64,000 nucleotides of DNA from Gammaproteobacteria bacterium (GCA_024639325.1 JAHEIO010000001.1:54404-118403), one strand, 5' to 3'; counted from the stretch's first letter, positions 1-10,380 are shown. Made by a program: numbers and translations. The notes: generated from the letters alone by a model not told the origin.

Positions 1-461
1 AGGCGGGAATTTACGTTACCTCGCAGGTTTTCGAACCGCAGCGATGGGTACGCCGATCGCAGTTGGGCCTGGCGTCTCAGGCTGCAGGTGCCAACCCTGC
101 CGCCGTTCGGCAGATGATCCAAAGCTGGATACTCATTGGAGACAAACGCGTCGTGAGGGTCTTCTCTTTCACAGATCGCGCTGATGATGAATTGATCAGG
201 CAGGTGCACAACGACGTCTTTCATGGAGTGCACCGCGATATCCGCGCGTCCCCGTAACAGGCTTACCTCCAGTTCCTTCATGAACAGGCCTTTGCCGCCG
301 ACATTGGCGAGCGGTGCCTCCAGCATTCGGTCCCCCGTGGTCGTCACCTCGACAAGCTCCACGGCCAGGCCGGGGTGATGCATGGTTAGCCGTGATTGAA
401 CGAATCTTGCCTGCCACAGGGCCAAAGGGCTTCTGCGGGTGGCGATTCGAAGCGTCCCCAT
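1..461 (-). CDS. hemC: porphobilinogen deaminase (hydroxymethylbilane synthase), 5' part; runs off the window edge
   Basis: Absent from the ORF track because it is open at the window edge. My minus-strand translation from the ATG (complement of 459-461) reads [83 protein letters not shown]. This is the canonical HemC N-terminus. It lies directly downstream of algR, as in Pseudomonas. Confidence 0.9.
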   Translation of the reverse strand, partial: MGTLRIATRRSPLALWQARFVQSRLTMHHPGLAVELVEVTTTGDRMLEAPLANVGGKGLFMKELEVSLLRGRADIAVHSMKDVVVHLPDQFIISAICEREDPHDAFVSNEYPALDHLPNGGRVGTCSLRRQAQLRSAYPSLRFENLRGNVNSR

Positions 462-519
462 TCCGCGTATTTCGATCAGTGTCGACGCGGCAGAAGGCGA
501 TACGCAGGCATACGGAAAA

Positions 520-1251
520 TCAACGCCTGGTCCAGCGGCGAACCTCGGGTGTGTGCCGCCTGCTTACGTCGAGTTTGTCGTCGATCTCCCTGAGCAGAAC
601 GCGCCAGCGCCCCGACGGTTGTTTTTCTATACCCCGGATGTAGTCGACAGCCACGAGTGCGTTGCGGTGAATTCGAAGGAAGCGCTCCGAGAATTCTTCC
701 TCCAGACTGACTAGAGAATCCTCGATGAGGTGCTGCTCGCTGGTGGTGCGCACCGTGACGTATTTATTGTCCGCCATGAAGTACACGATGTCCTGAACCG
801 GAATCAATGTGATCTGACCTCGCATGTGCACACTGATATGGCTCCGTGAGTTGGATTCGTTCTGGGCTTTGCTGACCTCGCGCAGCTGCTTCGTGCTGAC
901 CTGCTTCGCTTTCTGCAGAGCGGCTGACAGACGATCCTTGCGGATGGGCTTGAGCAGATAATCGATTGCGTTGACCTCAAACGCTTCCAGGGCATGCTGA
1001 TCATAAGCCGTGGTAAAGATTACTGCAGGGGGTATTTCCATCGATTGCAGGTGCATGGCCGCTTCCAGTCCGTCCATTACCGGCATGCGGATATCCATGA
1101 GCAGGCACTCCGGCTTGAGCTCCATGGTTTTCTCGATCGCCTCATTGCCATTCATGGCTTCTCCTACGATCAGGTGTTCACCTTCTTTTTCGATCAGCTC
1201 GCGCATCCGGGCACGCGCAAGCTTCTCGTCATCAACGACCAGAATCTTCAT
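520..1251 (-). CDS. algR: LytTR-family response regulator (AlgR type)
   Basis: 243 aa. It has a receiver domain ([18 protein letters not shown]) and a C-terminal LytTR DNA-binding domain. It lies between an AlgZ-type kinase and hemC, and overlaps the kinase stop by 4 nt. Confidence 0.85.
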   Translation of the reverse strand: MKILVVDDEKLARARMRELIEKEGEHLIVGEAMNGNEAIEKTMELKPECLLMDIRMPVMDGLEAAMHLQSMEIPPAVIFTTAYDQHALEAFEVNAIDYLLKPIRKDRLSAALQKAKQVSTKQLREVSKAQNESNSRSHISVHMRGQITLIPVQDIVYFMADNKYVTVRTTSEQHLIEDSLVSLEEEFSERFLRIHRNALVAVDYIRGIEKQPSGRWRVLLREIDDKLDVSRRHTPEVRRWTRR

Positions 1252-2381
1252 AGTGTTACACCTCCAAAGGCCGGGTGTTTTATCTCGACCGAAAAATGCT
1301 GCTGCGTCTGTTCGATATTGATGCTCGCATCATCTCCATACAGATCTTTAAGTCTCAATCGGATATTGTCCAGTGATACCTCACGCTCCTGGTCTCGCCC
1401 AGTTTTTTCGGAAAGCACGGGATTTCGCACGAATATCCTCAGGTTTTTATCTTCCATGCTAATTTCAATATCGATTTCTCCACCCTCAGGGAGATGCTCG
1501 ATGCCGTGTCGAATGGCATTCTCCAGCAATAGTTGAAGCATGAGCACGGGCGTTTTCGCCTGGCGCGTTACTCCACTTACTTTCCAGTTCGTGTTCAATC
1601 TTTGTTCAAGACGAAGCTTTTCCAGCTTGAGGTACTTCCTGGCGACTTTAACCTCGTTTTGAACAGGCACCAGATCTTTCCGCTCATCCAGCATCAACCT
1701 GAACAGGTCGGCCATATCCTCGATCGCGGCTTCGGCTTTTACCGGTGCACGTTGGGTCAGGCTGGCAATGATGTTCATGCTGTTGAAGAGAAAGTGAGGC
1801 CGTATTCTATGCTTCAGGATCTGGGCGCGCGCCCGCTCCGTAGCCAATGTCGTCTTGCGAAGCTGATCGCGCGCCACGAAGTAGCGGAGCGCCATGGCGT
1901 TGATGATGGCGCTTACGATCAGGTTCCTCGCATGAAAATTCAGGTACCATTCGGGTCGATATGCGAACACATAGTCGAACGCGGCCAGGAGCCACAAGGA
2001 GAGTTCACCTACGAGCCATGTTATACACAACAGCATGGCGTAGGTGAATAATAGTGCACGATTGCCCGGAAGGCGATTCAAATGTGGCCTTGCCAGGCAT
2101 AGCGCGCAGACGCTGAGCAGCGCGATCCACTGCATAAACAGCGAAATCAGCAACAAATCGTGGAAGATGTTGGCGGTTATCGGCGGAATGACGATTGTAA
2201 ATATAATTGCCAGGAATTCCGCAAGCACCGCCGTGTTCAACACCATTTCCCCCCGGCAAAAATCCGGCAGCAAGCCTGAATCCGGAAGGGATTTCCCCCA
2301 GTCGATATCCCCGTTAGGTCCGACTCTCTTTGTCGCCCGGTGAAGATTCAATATGGATTGCATAGTTTGCGACTCAACCAC
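1248..2381 (-). CDS. algZ: AlgZ/FimS-type sensor histidine kinase (LytS-like His_kinase family), copy proximal to algR
   Basis: 377 aa with a multi-pass N-terminus carrying an LPDFC motif as in AlgZ. It has the H-box HRIRPHFLFNSMN and the N-box LLLENAIRHG. The start is either GTG 2381 (8-nt overlap with the upstream kinase) or ATG 2363. Confidence 0.75.
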   Translation of the reverse strand: MVESQTMQSILNLHRATKRVGPNGDIDWGKSLPDSGLLPDFCRGEMVLNTAVLAEFLAIIFTIVIPPITANIFHDLLLISLFMQWIALLSVCALCLARPHLNRLPGNRALLFTYAMLLCITWLVGELSLWLLAAFDYVFAYRPEWYLNFHARNLIVSAIINAMALRYFVARDQLRKTTLATERARAQILKHRIRPHFLFNSMNIIASLTQRAPVKAEAAIEDMADLFRLMLDERKDLVPVQNEVKVARKYLKLEKLRLEQRLNTNWKVSGVTRQAKTPVLMLQLLLENAIRHGIEHLPEGGEIDIEISMEDKNLRIFVRNPVLSEKTGRDQEREVSLDNIRLRLKDLYGDDASINIEQTQQHFSVEIKHPAFGGVTL

Positions 2382-3459
2382 GGACGATGGGCATTCTGAT
2401 TTTTACGTAGTAGTTTCCCTGCTGCTCCAGGTTTTGCAAGGTTGCCCTTCCCCCAAAGTGCCGGGACAGCCTCTCACGGACGTTGTCCATAGCGATGCGG
2501 TTTCCCCTCCTGGTATGGTTTGGATTAGCGACTTCCGGTACTGGATTGCTGATCATGATATTCAGGTCCTCGCCCTCGGACCATAGCTGGATATCCACAG
2601 TGCCTCCATCAAAACTCGGTTCAATTCCGTGGTAAACGGCGTTTTCCAGCAGTGGTTGTAACGTCAGGGAAGGTATCAGCGCGCTGCGGGGGACGTTGGA
2701 CGCCGTCCACTTGACCTGCAGGCGCTCCCCGAGACGCAACTTCTCGATGTCGAGATACTGCCTGGCCAGCTCCCCCTCCGCTGTAATGGGGACCATTTTT
2801 CGGGCATCGGCGAGCAGCACGCGAAAAACGTCAGCCAGGTCCTGCAGTGCCTTCTCGGCCAGATCCGGATCGGATCGAATCAGACTGGCTACGCTGTTCA
2901 TGCTGTTGAAAAGAAAATGGGGTCGAATGCGGGACTGCAGGGCCTGCAAGCGATCCTGCTGTTGTGATTCACTCCTGGTCTGAGCTCGCTGGTGGATGAA
3001 TATGTATCTGAGGGTCATCGCGATGATCAGGACGCTGATGATGATCAGGCGAGCCAGGGTCGTATCGTGGTCGGGGGGCCATCGCTGTGCAGTGATCTCT
3101 GTGAGGTATAGGATGAATAGTATACCCTCGTAAACGCCTACCACGATAAGCAGTAATACGACGAAGGTAACGGCTGTTTTGGTGACTACACCAAGGTTTG
3201 GCAGAGCGTTAGCGATTATTTTCAACGCGACGATGCTGAGCAGCGCCACCGTCTGGGTGAATGCGGTCAGAAGCAGAAAATCGTTCCAGGCTCCAGGGTT
3301 CGGATCATCGTTGCGTGCTACCGCTAGGATGGTAGCGATAACCTGGGCGCCTATGAAGAAGCGTAACGTAATCGACGGGCTGGACAGGTCCAGGGAGAAT
3401 CGTTCTTGGGGCCGTCGGTTTTCTCGCATATATGAATAGCCAGGCGTAGTCGACGTCAA
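2374..3459 (-). CDS. second AlgZ/FimS-type sensor histidine kinase (paralogue)
   Basis: 361 aa with the same architecture, including SRIRPHFLFNSMN and LLENAVYHG boxes. The membrane domain differs from the downstream paralogue. The start is TTG at 3459 or ATG at 3429. Confidence 0.7.
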   Translation of the reverse strand: MTSTTPGYSYMRENRRPQERFSLDLSSPSITLRFFIGAQVIATILAVARNDDPNPGAWNDFLLLTAFTQTVALLSIVALKIIANALPNLGVVTKTAVTFVVLLLIVVGVYEGILFILYLTEITAQRWPPDHDTTLARLIIISVLIIAMTLRYIFIHQRAQTRSESQQQDRLQALQSRIRPHFLFNSMNSVASLIRSDPDLAEKALQDLADVFRVLLADARKMVPITAEGELARQYLDIEKLRLGERLQVKWTASNVPRSALIPSLTLQPLLENAVYHGIEPSFDGGTVDIQLWSEGEDLNIMISNPVPEVANPNHTRRGNRIAMDNVRERLSRHFGGRATLQNLEQQGNYYVKIRMPIVRG

Positions 3460-3540
3460 TGATAACCCGTCGGGATTCTGGGGCGCGCTCCGGCCAAGTG
3501 TATCAGTATTGTTGATTTGCCCCGATTTTCGGGGAGCGGC

Positions 3541-3568
3541 AAAAAAAAACCCCCCGTAAACGGGGGGT
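3541..3568 (-). terminator. intrinsic terminator on the minus strand
   Basis: The minus strand reads CCCCCC-GTTTAC-GGGGGG followed by T9, a perfect 6-bp GC stem plus U-tract. It lies 82 nt upstream of the kinase operon start codon. Confidence 0.7.
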
Positions 3569-3664
3569 CAGGTAACCTGATTCGGATACAGGTGGGGGTG
3601 TCTGAGGAAGGTGTCCCGAATCAGGGTATTCTTTAAACGCTTAAATCAGTGTTATGGACCGTTG
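3541..3664 (-). ncRNA. candidate ~120-nt sRNA or terminating 5' leader
   Basis: The unit is bounded by a sigma70-like promoter (3671-3699) and the intrinsic terminator (3541-3568). It contains a perfect 10-bp helix, CCTGATTCGG/CCGAATCAGG, that encloses a 30-nt C-rich loop including CACCTTCCTC. No ORF is present. Confidence 0.4.
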
Positions 3665-3670
3665 GAAGTT

Positions 3671-3699
3671 AGTCTAGGTCAGCCGTCGCGGAGGTGCAA
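3671..3699 (-). promoter_or_regulatory. sigma70-like promoter, TTGCAC-17 nt-TAGACT on the minus strand
   Basis: The hexamers were read directly from the sequence: complement of 3694-3699 for the -35 and of 3671-3676 for the -10. The spacer is 17 nt. Confidence 0.4.
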
Positions 3700-3798
3700 T
3701 GCGCCGTAGATAAGCGGGTTGCGGCGGCGGATAAACGGCCGCTTCTGGTGTAAATTGCAGGCTAAGTTATACTGCCGATTTTTCAGAAGGTTGAGCCG

Positions 3799-5187
3799 AT
3801 GGCAACGACGAAACCCTGGGGAGGGAGGTTCTCCGAGCCCACCCACGAACTGGTCGAGCGATTCACCCAATCCTTGGATTGGGACCGAAGACTGTACAAG
3901 TATGACATAACCGGTTCGATCGCGCATGCCCGTATGCTGGCGAGATCCGAAATTCTGAGCGTCGATGAATGTGATTCCATCGTGGCAGGCCTCGAGTCGA
4001 TCGACGCGGAGATCGTTGATGGTGGCTTTCCATGGTCGTCGGCGCTGGAAGACGTCCACATGAACATCGAAGCCGAGCTCACCGCGAAAATTGGCGAGCC
4101 TGGAAAGAAGCTGCATACCGGCCGATCCAGAAATGACCAGGTTGCAACGGATATGAGGTTGTTTCTCAGAGATGCCGTCGATGAACAAATTCATCTGCTG
4201 CTGGTGCTACAGGGCCTATTACTGGATGTCGCGGAGCGCGAGGCGGAAACCCCGATGCCCGGAGTGACTCATCTGCAGGTCGCCCAACCCGTAACCTTTG
4301 GTCATCATATGATGGCGTGGTTCCAGATGCTGGACAGGGACCGGCAACGATTGGTCGATGCGCGCCGCCGGATCAACATCTCACCTCTGGGGTCGGCGGC
4401 CCTTGCCGGAACGTCTTTTGGGATAGACCGGGAGTTTACCGCGCGGGAACTCGGTTTCGATGCCCCGAGCGAAAATTCCCTGGACGCCGTTTCCGACAGG
4501 GATTTCGTCATCGAATACTGCAGCCACGCGGCATTGTTGGCGGTGCATCTTTCCAGGATGGCCGAAGAACTCATATTGTGGGCGTCGGAGCGCTACCGTT
4601 TCATCGAAATCGGAGACGCGTTCTGCACCGGATCTTCCATCATGCCGCAGAAAAAAAATCCTGACGTGGCGGAACTGATCCGGGGGAAAAGCGGGGGCGT
4701 AGTCGGAAATCTAGTCAGTATGCTGGTTCTTGTGAAGGCACAGCCGTTGGCCTATAACCGCGACAACCAGGAGGACAAATCGCCCATGTTCGACACCGTC
4801 GATGCGGTTACCGGGAGCTTGCAGATATTCAGCGCCATGCTCCCGAGCATAGAGGTCGACAGGGAACAAATGCGAAGCGCCGTGGAGAACGGATTTGCCA
4901 CGGCCACGGATCTGGCTGAGTATCTTGTTGGCAAGGGCGTTCCGTTTCGGGATGCTCATGAAATCGTTGGTAAATCGGTCCGCTATTGTATCGACAACGA
5001 TTTACGGCTCGGCGATCTGTCCATGCATCAATTTCGGCAGTTCAGCGACGAAATTGGGGATGATGTGTATTCGGTATTGACCGTTGAGGGATCGATCCGG
5101 GCGCGCAATCATATCGGCGGCACCTCTCCGATGCAGGTCCGGGCCGCTATCAGCCGTGCACGTAAAAGACTGGAAGCGAGTAAATAA
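3799..5187 (+). CDS. argH: argininosuccinate lyase
   Basis: 462 aa. The N-terminus WGGRFSEPT and the fumarate-lyase signature [12 protein letters not shown] are present. The position next to algZ/algR is conserved. Confidence 0.95.
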   Translation: MATTKPWGGRFSEPTHELVERFTQSLDWDRRLYKYDITGSIAHARMLARSEILSVDECDSIVAGLESIDAEIVDGGFPWSSALEDVHMNIEAELTAKIGEPGKKLHTGRSRNDQVATDMRLFLRDAVDEQIHLLLVLQGLLLDVAEREAETPMPGVTHLQVAQPVTFGHHMMAWFQMLDRDRQRLVDARRRINISPLGSAALAGTSFGIDREFTARELGFDAPSENSLDAVSDRDFVIEYCSHAALLAVHLSRMAEELILWASERYRFIEIGDAFCTGSSIMPQKKNPDVAELIRGKSGGVVGNLVSMLVLVKAQPLAYNRDNQEDKSPMFDTVDAVTGSLQIFSAMLPSIEVDREQMRSAVENGFATATDLAEYLVGKGVPFRDAHEIVGKSVRYCIDNDLRLGDLSMHQFRQFSDEIGDDVYSVLTVEGSIRARNHIGGTSPMQVRAAISRARKRLEASK

Positions 5188-5257
5188 ATGGAGCGATCTG
5201 CACGGCAACGGGTTAAACTGTGCGGGCTTCCGGGGAATATTTTGAGGGTTAACTGGT

Positions 5258-5485
5258 ATGTTTGTTCGTTGTCGTAGGTTGATGTTCGACTTGGCGTTGA
5301 TGGGTGTTGTAATGCTTGCGCTCTCCGGCTGCGGTCAAAAAGGACCGCTTTATCTTACCGATGAAATGGGCCAGGATCCCCAACCGCTGGAGGTAAGCGA
5401 GCAGGAGCTGCGAGATATACAGGATGAGGAAGCGCTGCAAGCTCAGCCCTACGACGGCAGCCTGATTCCTTCTACCAGAAGGTGA
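5258..5485 (+). CDS. lptM: small lipoprotein LptM (YifL family)
   Basis: 75 aa. A lipobox LALSGC is followed by GQKGPLYL. The gene lies immediately upstream of lysA, and the true start may be an internal Met. Confidence 0.65.
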   Translation: MFVRCRRLMFDLALMGVVMLALSGCGQKGPLYLTDEMGQDPQPLEVSEQELRDIQDEEALQAQPYDGSLIPSTRR

Positions 5486-5510
5486 GCGTCGCGGATCAGG
5501 CGACGAAACC

Positions 5511-6773
5511 GTGGTGGATGCTTTCAGCAGGCAGGGCTCCGAGCTGTACGCTGAAGACGTTGCGCTCAGCGCCATAGCCACACAGGTAGGGACGCCCTGC
5601 TATGTCTACTCCCGCGCGATAATCGAGTCGAACTGGCGCGAATACGATCTCGGATTTGGCGGTCACCCCCATGCGATCTGCTATGCCGTCAAGGCCAATT
5701 CCAATCTCGAGGTGCTGCGGCTTCTAGCTGATCTGGGTTCGTGGTTTGACATCGTGTCCGGTGGGGAGCTGGAACGGGTGTTGCTCGCCGGAGGCTCTGC
5801 CGGCCGGGTTGTTTTTTCCGGGGTAGCGAAGACCGCCGAAGAAATGGAAAGGGCGATCGGCGTCGGCATCCATTGCTTTGATGTCGAGTCAGTTGCCGAG
5901 CTCGAGAGGCTGAGCCGTGTTGCGGCGCGACTTGGAAAAGTTGCACCGGTTGCGCTCAGAATCAATCCGGACATCGACGCCGGAACCCATCCGTACATCG
6001 CCACCGGGCTGAAAGAGACCAAGTTTGGGATAGCTATCGACGACGCCATCACGACCTACCGCATGGCTGCTGATACGGCCAATATACAGATCACCGGCAT
6101 CGCGGCGCATATCGGATCACAGATTACCGAATCAGGCCCGTTCATCGATGCACTCGTGCGGATGTTGGAACTGATCGGGGAACTGGAAAACGAAGGCATC
6201 ACCATCCGCCACCTGGATATCGGCGGTGGTTTGGGCATCCGCTACCGGGACGAGTCCCCCCCGGCAGCGCGTGAATTTATCGAGACGCTCGTTGATCGGG
6301 TGCGGGATCACCGCGCAGATCTCACGTTGTATATAGAACCCGGGCGATCCGTCGTAGGTAACGCCGGTGTCTTGCTCACCGGTGTGGAATATCTGAAATC
6401 CAACGGCGACACGCATTTCGCGGTGGTCGATGCCGGCCTGAACGACATCCTTCGTCCGGCACTCTACAATGCGTGGCAAAACATCGTTCCGTTGCAGGAC
6501 AACCCCGAGTTGCGCTCCTGTATTTATGATGTGGTGGGTCCGGTTTGCGAAACCGGAGACCGGCTTGGATCTCAGCGTGAGCTCGCTATCGAGGCTGGAG
6601 ACGTTCTAGCAATCATGGACGCGGGTGCGTACGGGCACGTCATGAGCTCCAACTACAACAGTCGGCCCCGGCCTCCGGAGGTTCTGGTGGATGGCGGCAA
6701 ATTTCATATCGTGCGCAGGAGGGAAACCATCTCGGATATGACCGCTGCTGAATCTGCCCCACCGCAGGATTAG
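5511..6773 (+). CDS. lysA: diaminopimelate decarboxylase
   Basis: 420 aa with a GTG start. It has the PLP-lysine region ICYAVKANSN, the EPGRS motif and the CETGD motif typical of LysA. Confidence 0.9.
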   Translation: MVDAFSRQGSELYAEDVALSAIATQVGTPCYVYSRAIIESNWREYDLGFGGHPHAICYAVKANSNLEVLRLLADLGSWFDIVSGGELERVLLAGGSAGRVVFSGVAKTAEEMERAIGVGIHCFDVESVAELERLSRVAARLGKVAPVALRINPDIDAGTHPYIATGLKETKFGIAIDDAITTYRMAADTANIQITGIAAHIGSQITESGPFIDALVRMLELIGELENEGITIRHLDIGGGLGIRYRDESPPAAREFIETLVDRVRDHRADLTLYIEPGRSVVGNAGVLLTGVEYLKSNGDTHFAVVDAGLNDILRPALYNAWQNIVPLQDNPELRSCIYDVVGPVCETGDRLGSQRELAIEAGDVLAIMDAGAYGHVMSSNYNSRPRPPEVLVDGGKFHIVRRRETISDMTAAESAPPQD

Positions 6774-6786
6774 CCCGCATTTCGAT

Positions 6787-8061
6787 ATGCTGTTCCTGGT
6801 TTTTCAGTTGACGGGATTATTGCTGCCTAAGCGCAGATTCCGGTTAGTTTTGTCCGGGCTGTTGATTTTTGCCTCACCCGGCCATGCATTCGACTACGAA
6901 GATCTGGTCGACCTAATCAGCTCGAAAAACATCACCGCCATAGAACAGGTGCTGCCGAACCTGCCCGACGAGTATCTGGAAAGTTACACCCTGGTTCATC
7001 ACAGCCGCAGTCTGCACGGCGCCTCCCATGATTTCCCGCGTGCCATACTTTTTGGAAGGGATGCGAAATTGATGCTCACCTTCAACGGCAGCGCTGGACA
7101 GCGCAGATACAACGATCTCGAGATCATGCAGTTCAGGGACGAAGCATCGGTTTTCGAGCTGCGTTCCGTATCTTTCGAAAACGGGGTCAGGTTTTCACAA
7201 AGGAATCCCGCGCTGTGTCTGGGGTGCCACGGAGCCGATCCGCGGCCGATATGGAGCAGCTATGAATACTCAGAGGACAAGGGGGTGGTTCACTGGCCGG
7301 GCTTCTATGGGTCCACCCACGATGCACCGGTGCTGAACGGGGACGAAAAAGCCGCGTTCGACCGTTTCCGTGCACGTGCAAAGACGCACCCGAGGTATCG
7401 ATTTCTGAAACTCCGGCATCCGGGGTCGCAGTGGTATCCATACGGCGCCGGTCCCTTCAAACACCAGTTCAGACCCAATAACAGGCTGGGTAATCTGCTG
7501 GCTCGACTCAATGCCAAAAGACTGGCACGCCATCTTCGAAGAGGTGCGTTCTATGGTGATTACCCCAGCTTGTCGATGTTGTGGATACTGCAGTGTCCTG
7601 AGATCTCGAACGATCCCTTAATGGATTTCATGGAAGATCGATTTCACCAGCAGTATCCCAACCTTGGAAACGTCCTGCAGCGCCTGTCTGGAGCACGGGA
7701 GCGCGTTGCATTCATGCTCGAGAAACTGCTGTTGGGTCCGACGGTGTTTACATGGAATATGAGCCTCGAGCCGACCATCGATGAGCCCCGTTTTTTTACC
7801 GGCATAGTGCATATCGACGAACTGGTCGCGGCCGAGCTGCTGGGCGGTATGCCCAGGGATCACTGGTTGCAGGATTTTTATATACCGTGGACCCAACGCG
7901 AGTTGTACGACACCTTCAAACCCGGTTACTACGATGCGAATGTGGCACCGGGCGGCGTCGGTGAGGAGTACGATTCAGTCGGCCTATTCTACGACCGCGA
8001 TCACGCTCGAGGGGCATGCCAGGAGCTGCTGCGGCATGCCTCGTCGGAGCTCGATTACTGA
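6787..8061 (+). CDS. secreted hypothetical protein with a single CXXCH haem-c motif
   Basis: 424 aa. The N-terminal signal-like segment is KRRFRLVLSGLLIFASPGHA. A CLGCH motif sits near residue 153-157. I recognise no family. Confidence 0.55.
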   Translation: MLFLVFQLTGLLLPKRRFRLVLSGLLIFASPGHAFDYEDLVDLISSKNITAIEQVLPNLPDEYLESYTLVHHSRSLHGASHDFPRAILFGRDAKLMLTFNGSAGQRRYNDLEIMQFRDEASVFELRSVSFENGVRFSQRNPALCLGCHGADPRPIWSSYEYSEDKGVVHWPGFYGSTHDAPVLNGDEKAAFDRFRARAKTHPRYRFLKLRHPGSQWYPYGAGPFKHQFRPNNRLGNLLARLNAKRLARHLRRGAFYGDYPSLSMLWILQCPEISNDPLMDFMEDRFHQQYPNLGNVLQRLSGARERVAFMLEKLLLGPTVFTWNMSLEPTIDEPRFFTGIVHIDELVAAELLGGMPRDHWLQDFYIPWTQRELYDTFKPGYYDANVAPGGVGEEYDSVGLFYDRDHARGACQELLRHASSELDY

Positions 8062-8070
8062 GCACGACAG

Positions 8071-8922
8071 ATGTCCGATATCTTCGATTTCGACAGACCG
8101 CCACCGCTGTACGCGGTGATGGGAAATCCGGTGGAGCACAGCAGGTCGCCTGAAATTCATCAGATGTTTGCACGACAGTGTTTGCTGCAAATCGACTATC
8201 GGAAAATCCATGTTGAAGTTGGTGGGTTTCAGCAGGCGGTGAGCAGTTTCCAGGCCAGCGGGGGACGTGGACTGAACGTTACGGTTCCCTTCAAGATGGA
8301 AGCACGCAGATTGTGCGATGCGTGCAGTGACCGGGCGGCGCTTGCCGGCGCGGTTAACACGCTGTGGTTCGATGACGCCGTAATTCACGGCGACAACACG
8401 GACGGCATTGGAATTTGCAACGATATCACCTTGAATATCGGTCAAACCATCACCGGCAGTCGCTTGTTGCTGCTGGGTGCCGGTGGCGCCGTGCGCGGGG
8501 TGCTGGGACAGATACTGGGCCAGCGCCCGTCGTGCGTGGTGGTCGCAAACCGCACCGTGGATAAGGCGATAGAACTGACCAGTCATTATCAGGCTCATGG
8601 CGCAATCCGCGGATGCGGGTTCGATGAGCTGGAAGGTGCGTCCTTCGATATCGTGATAAATGGCACCGCGGCAAGCCTGTACGGAGACATGCCCGATTTA
8701 CCGGCCATGGATCTTGCCGAAGAAACCCTGGCTTACGACATGATGTATTCCGACGAGGCCACCGTATTCATGAACTGGGCGTTGGAGCGCGGCATGACGC
8801 GAGTCTACGACGGTATCGGGATGCTGGTAGAGCAGGCGGCGGAATCGTTTGCTATCTGGCACGGGGTCCGGCCGGAAACCGGGCCGGTGATTCACTCGAT
8901 GAGGAAGCCGGGCACGGACTGA
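8071..8922 (+). CDS. aroE: shikimate dehydrogenase
   Basis: 283 aa. It carries GNPVEHSRSPEIH, NVTVPFK and GAGGA motifs. Confidence 0.9.
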   Translation: MSDIFDFDRPPPLYAVMGNPVEHSRSPEIHQMFARQCLLQIDYRKIHVEVGGFQQAVSSFQASGGRGLNVTVPFKMEARRLCDACSDRAALAGAVNTLWFDDAVIHGDNTDGIGICNDITLNIGQTITGSRLLLLGAGGAVRGVLGQILGQRPSCVVVANRTVDKAIELTSHYQAHGAIRGCGFDELEGASFDIVINGTAASLYGDMPDLPAMDLAEETLAYDMMYSDEATVFMNWALERGMTRVYDGIGMLVEQAAESFAIWHGVRPETGPVIHSMRKPGTD

Positions 8923-8928
8923 GATCGA

Positions 8929-10281
8929 CTATCCCAACGTGACCAGCTCTTCCGCTGCCGTCGGGTGTATCGCCACGGTGTTGTCGAAGTCGGCCTTGGT
9001 CGCGCCCATTTTCACCGCGACAGAGAAACCCTGGATGATCTCGTCGGCGAATTCACCGGCGATATGGCAACCGACTATCTTCTCCTCCGCGCCCGTAGTC
9101 ACGAGTTTGGCCACCGTGGGCACCTTGTGCTCCAGGGTAGCGTAGTACATGTTCACGAACTGACTGCGGTATACACGCACCGAGTCCCTGCCAAACTTTT
9201 CGATAGCCTCGTTTTCCGTTAGACCGACCGTGCCGATTGGTGGATGGCTGAATACCACACTCGCCACGTTGTCGTAATCGAGACGGGCGCGCGGCTCGCC
9301 GTTGAACAGTCTGTCGGCGAGGCGTCTTCCGGCGGCGATGGCGACCGGCGTAAGTTCGATGCGGCCGGACACATCGCCCAGGGCGTAGACATTTTCGACA
9401 TTGGTGTTCTGAAACGGATCGGTTGCGATATAGCCCCGGTCATCCAGGGAGATGCCCGCACGATCCAGGCCGAGACCGGAGGTGTTCGGCTCGCGTCCCA
9501 CCGCCCAAATAACACAGTCGAGCCGTTCGATGCGGCGGCCGTCCTCCGCGTGCAGCGTCAGAGAACCGCAGTCTTCCCGGCTCAAGGCACTGACCAGGAA
9601 TCGGGTTTCGAAATGCACTCCGGATAATTCCATCTGCTGCATTACCAGCTCATGCAGGTCGTGGTCGAACGGTCTCAACACCTTGTCCTTCCGAAGAACC
9701 TGCACGACTTCGCTGCCAAGGGCGTTCATGACGCCGCTGAACTCGGTCGCAATGTAGCCCGCGCCTACTATGGCGAGCCGCCGTGGCTGCTCTTCGAGCT
9801 CGAAAAAGCCGTCGCTGTCGATGGCAAGCTCCCCGCCTGGAACGACCGCGACGACGGGGCGACCTCCGGTTGCAATCAGGACGTGGTCGGCCCGATAAGA
9901 TGTCCCATCCACCTCGACCGTGTCGGCCGCGGTGAATTGGCCATGGCCGATGATTTTTTCGATCCCCGAAGCATCGAGATTGCGGTGGTAGATGCCGTTG
10001 AGGCGTAAGACATAGGCGTCCCGGGCTTTCTTGATGGTGTTCCAGTCAAATCCCTTCAGTTCGACGTCGAAGCCGTAGCCTTTGGCGTGATGAAGCACTT
10101 CCCCGATCCTGGACGCGTTCCACATGACCTTCTTCGGGACACAGCCCACGTTGACGCAGGTGCCGCCCATACGGTTGCCTTCGATCAATGCGACACCGGC
10201 GCCGTGTTTTGCGGCGCGCCGGGCCGAGGCAATGCCGCCGCTGCCGCCTCCGATCACGACATAGTCGTAGCGCTTGGTCAT
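8929..10281 (-). CDS. gor: glutathione-disulfide reductase
   Basis: 450 aa. It has GGGSGG FAD binding, the redox-active [13 protein letters not shown] and the C-terminal HPTAAEE interface motif. Confidence 0.8.
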   Translation of the reverse strand: MTKRYDYVVIGGGSGGIASARRAAKHGAGVALIEGNRMGGTCVNVGCVPKKVMWNASRIGEVLHHAKGYGFDVELKGFDWNTIKKARDAYVLRLNGIYHRNLDASGIEKIIGHGQFTAADTVEVDGTSYRADHVLIATGGRPVVAVVPGGELAIDSDGFFELEEQPRRLAIVGAGYIATEFSGVMNALGSEVVQVLRKDKVLRPFDHDLHELVMQQMELSGVHFETRFLVSALSREDCGSLTLHAEDGRRIERLDCVIWAVGREPNTSGLGLDRAGISLDDRGYIATDPFQNTNVENVYALGDVSGRIELTPVAIAAGRRLADRLFNGEPRARLDYDNVASVVFSHPPIGTVGLTENEAIEKFGRDSVRVYRSQFVNMYYATLEHKVPTVAKLVTTGAEEKIVGCHIAGEFADEIIQGFSVAVKMGATKADFDNTVAIHPTAAEELVTLG

Positions 10282-10380
10282 CTTGTTTCAATAATGGTGG
10301 GATGCGGAACTGTACAGCATAACTCGTATCCGTGATACTTCACGAATTCCTCCAACCACGCTCGATCCCGACGCCTCCCG

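Noticed and set aside
3679-4194. A 171-aa minus-strand ORF overlaps the argH start and the argH/kinase spacer.
   Set aside because: It is antisense to the well-supported argH N-terminus, has no motifs, and its 3' end runs into the promoter-like region.
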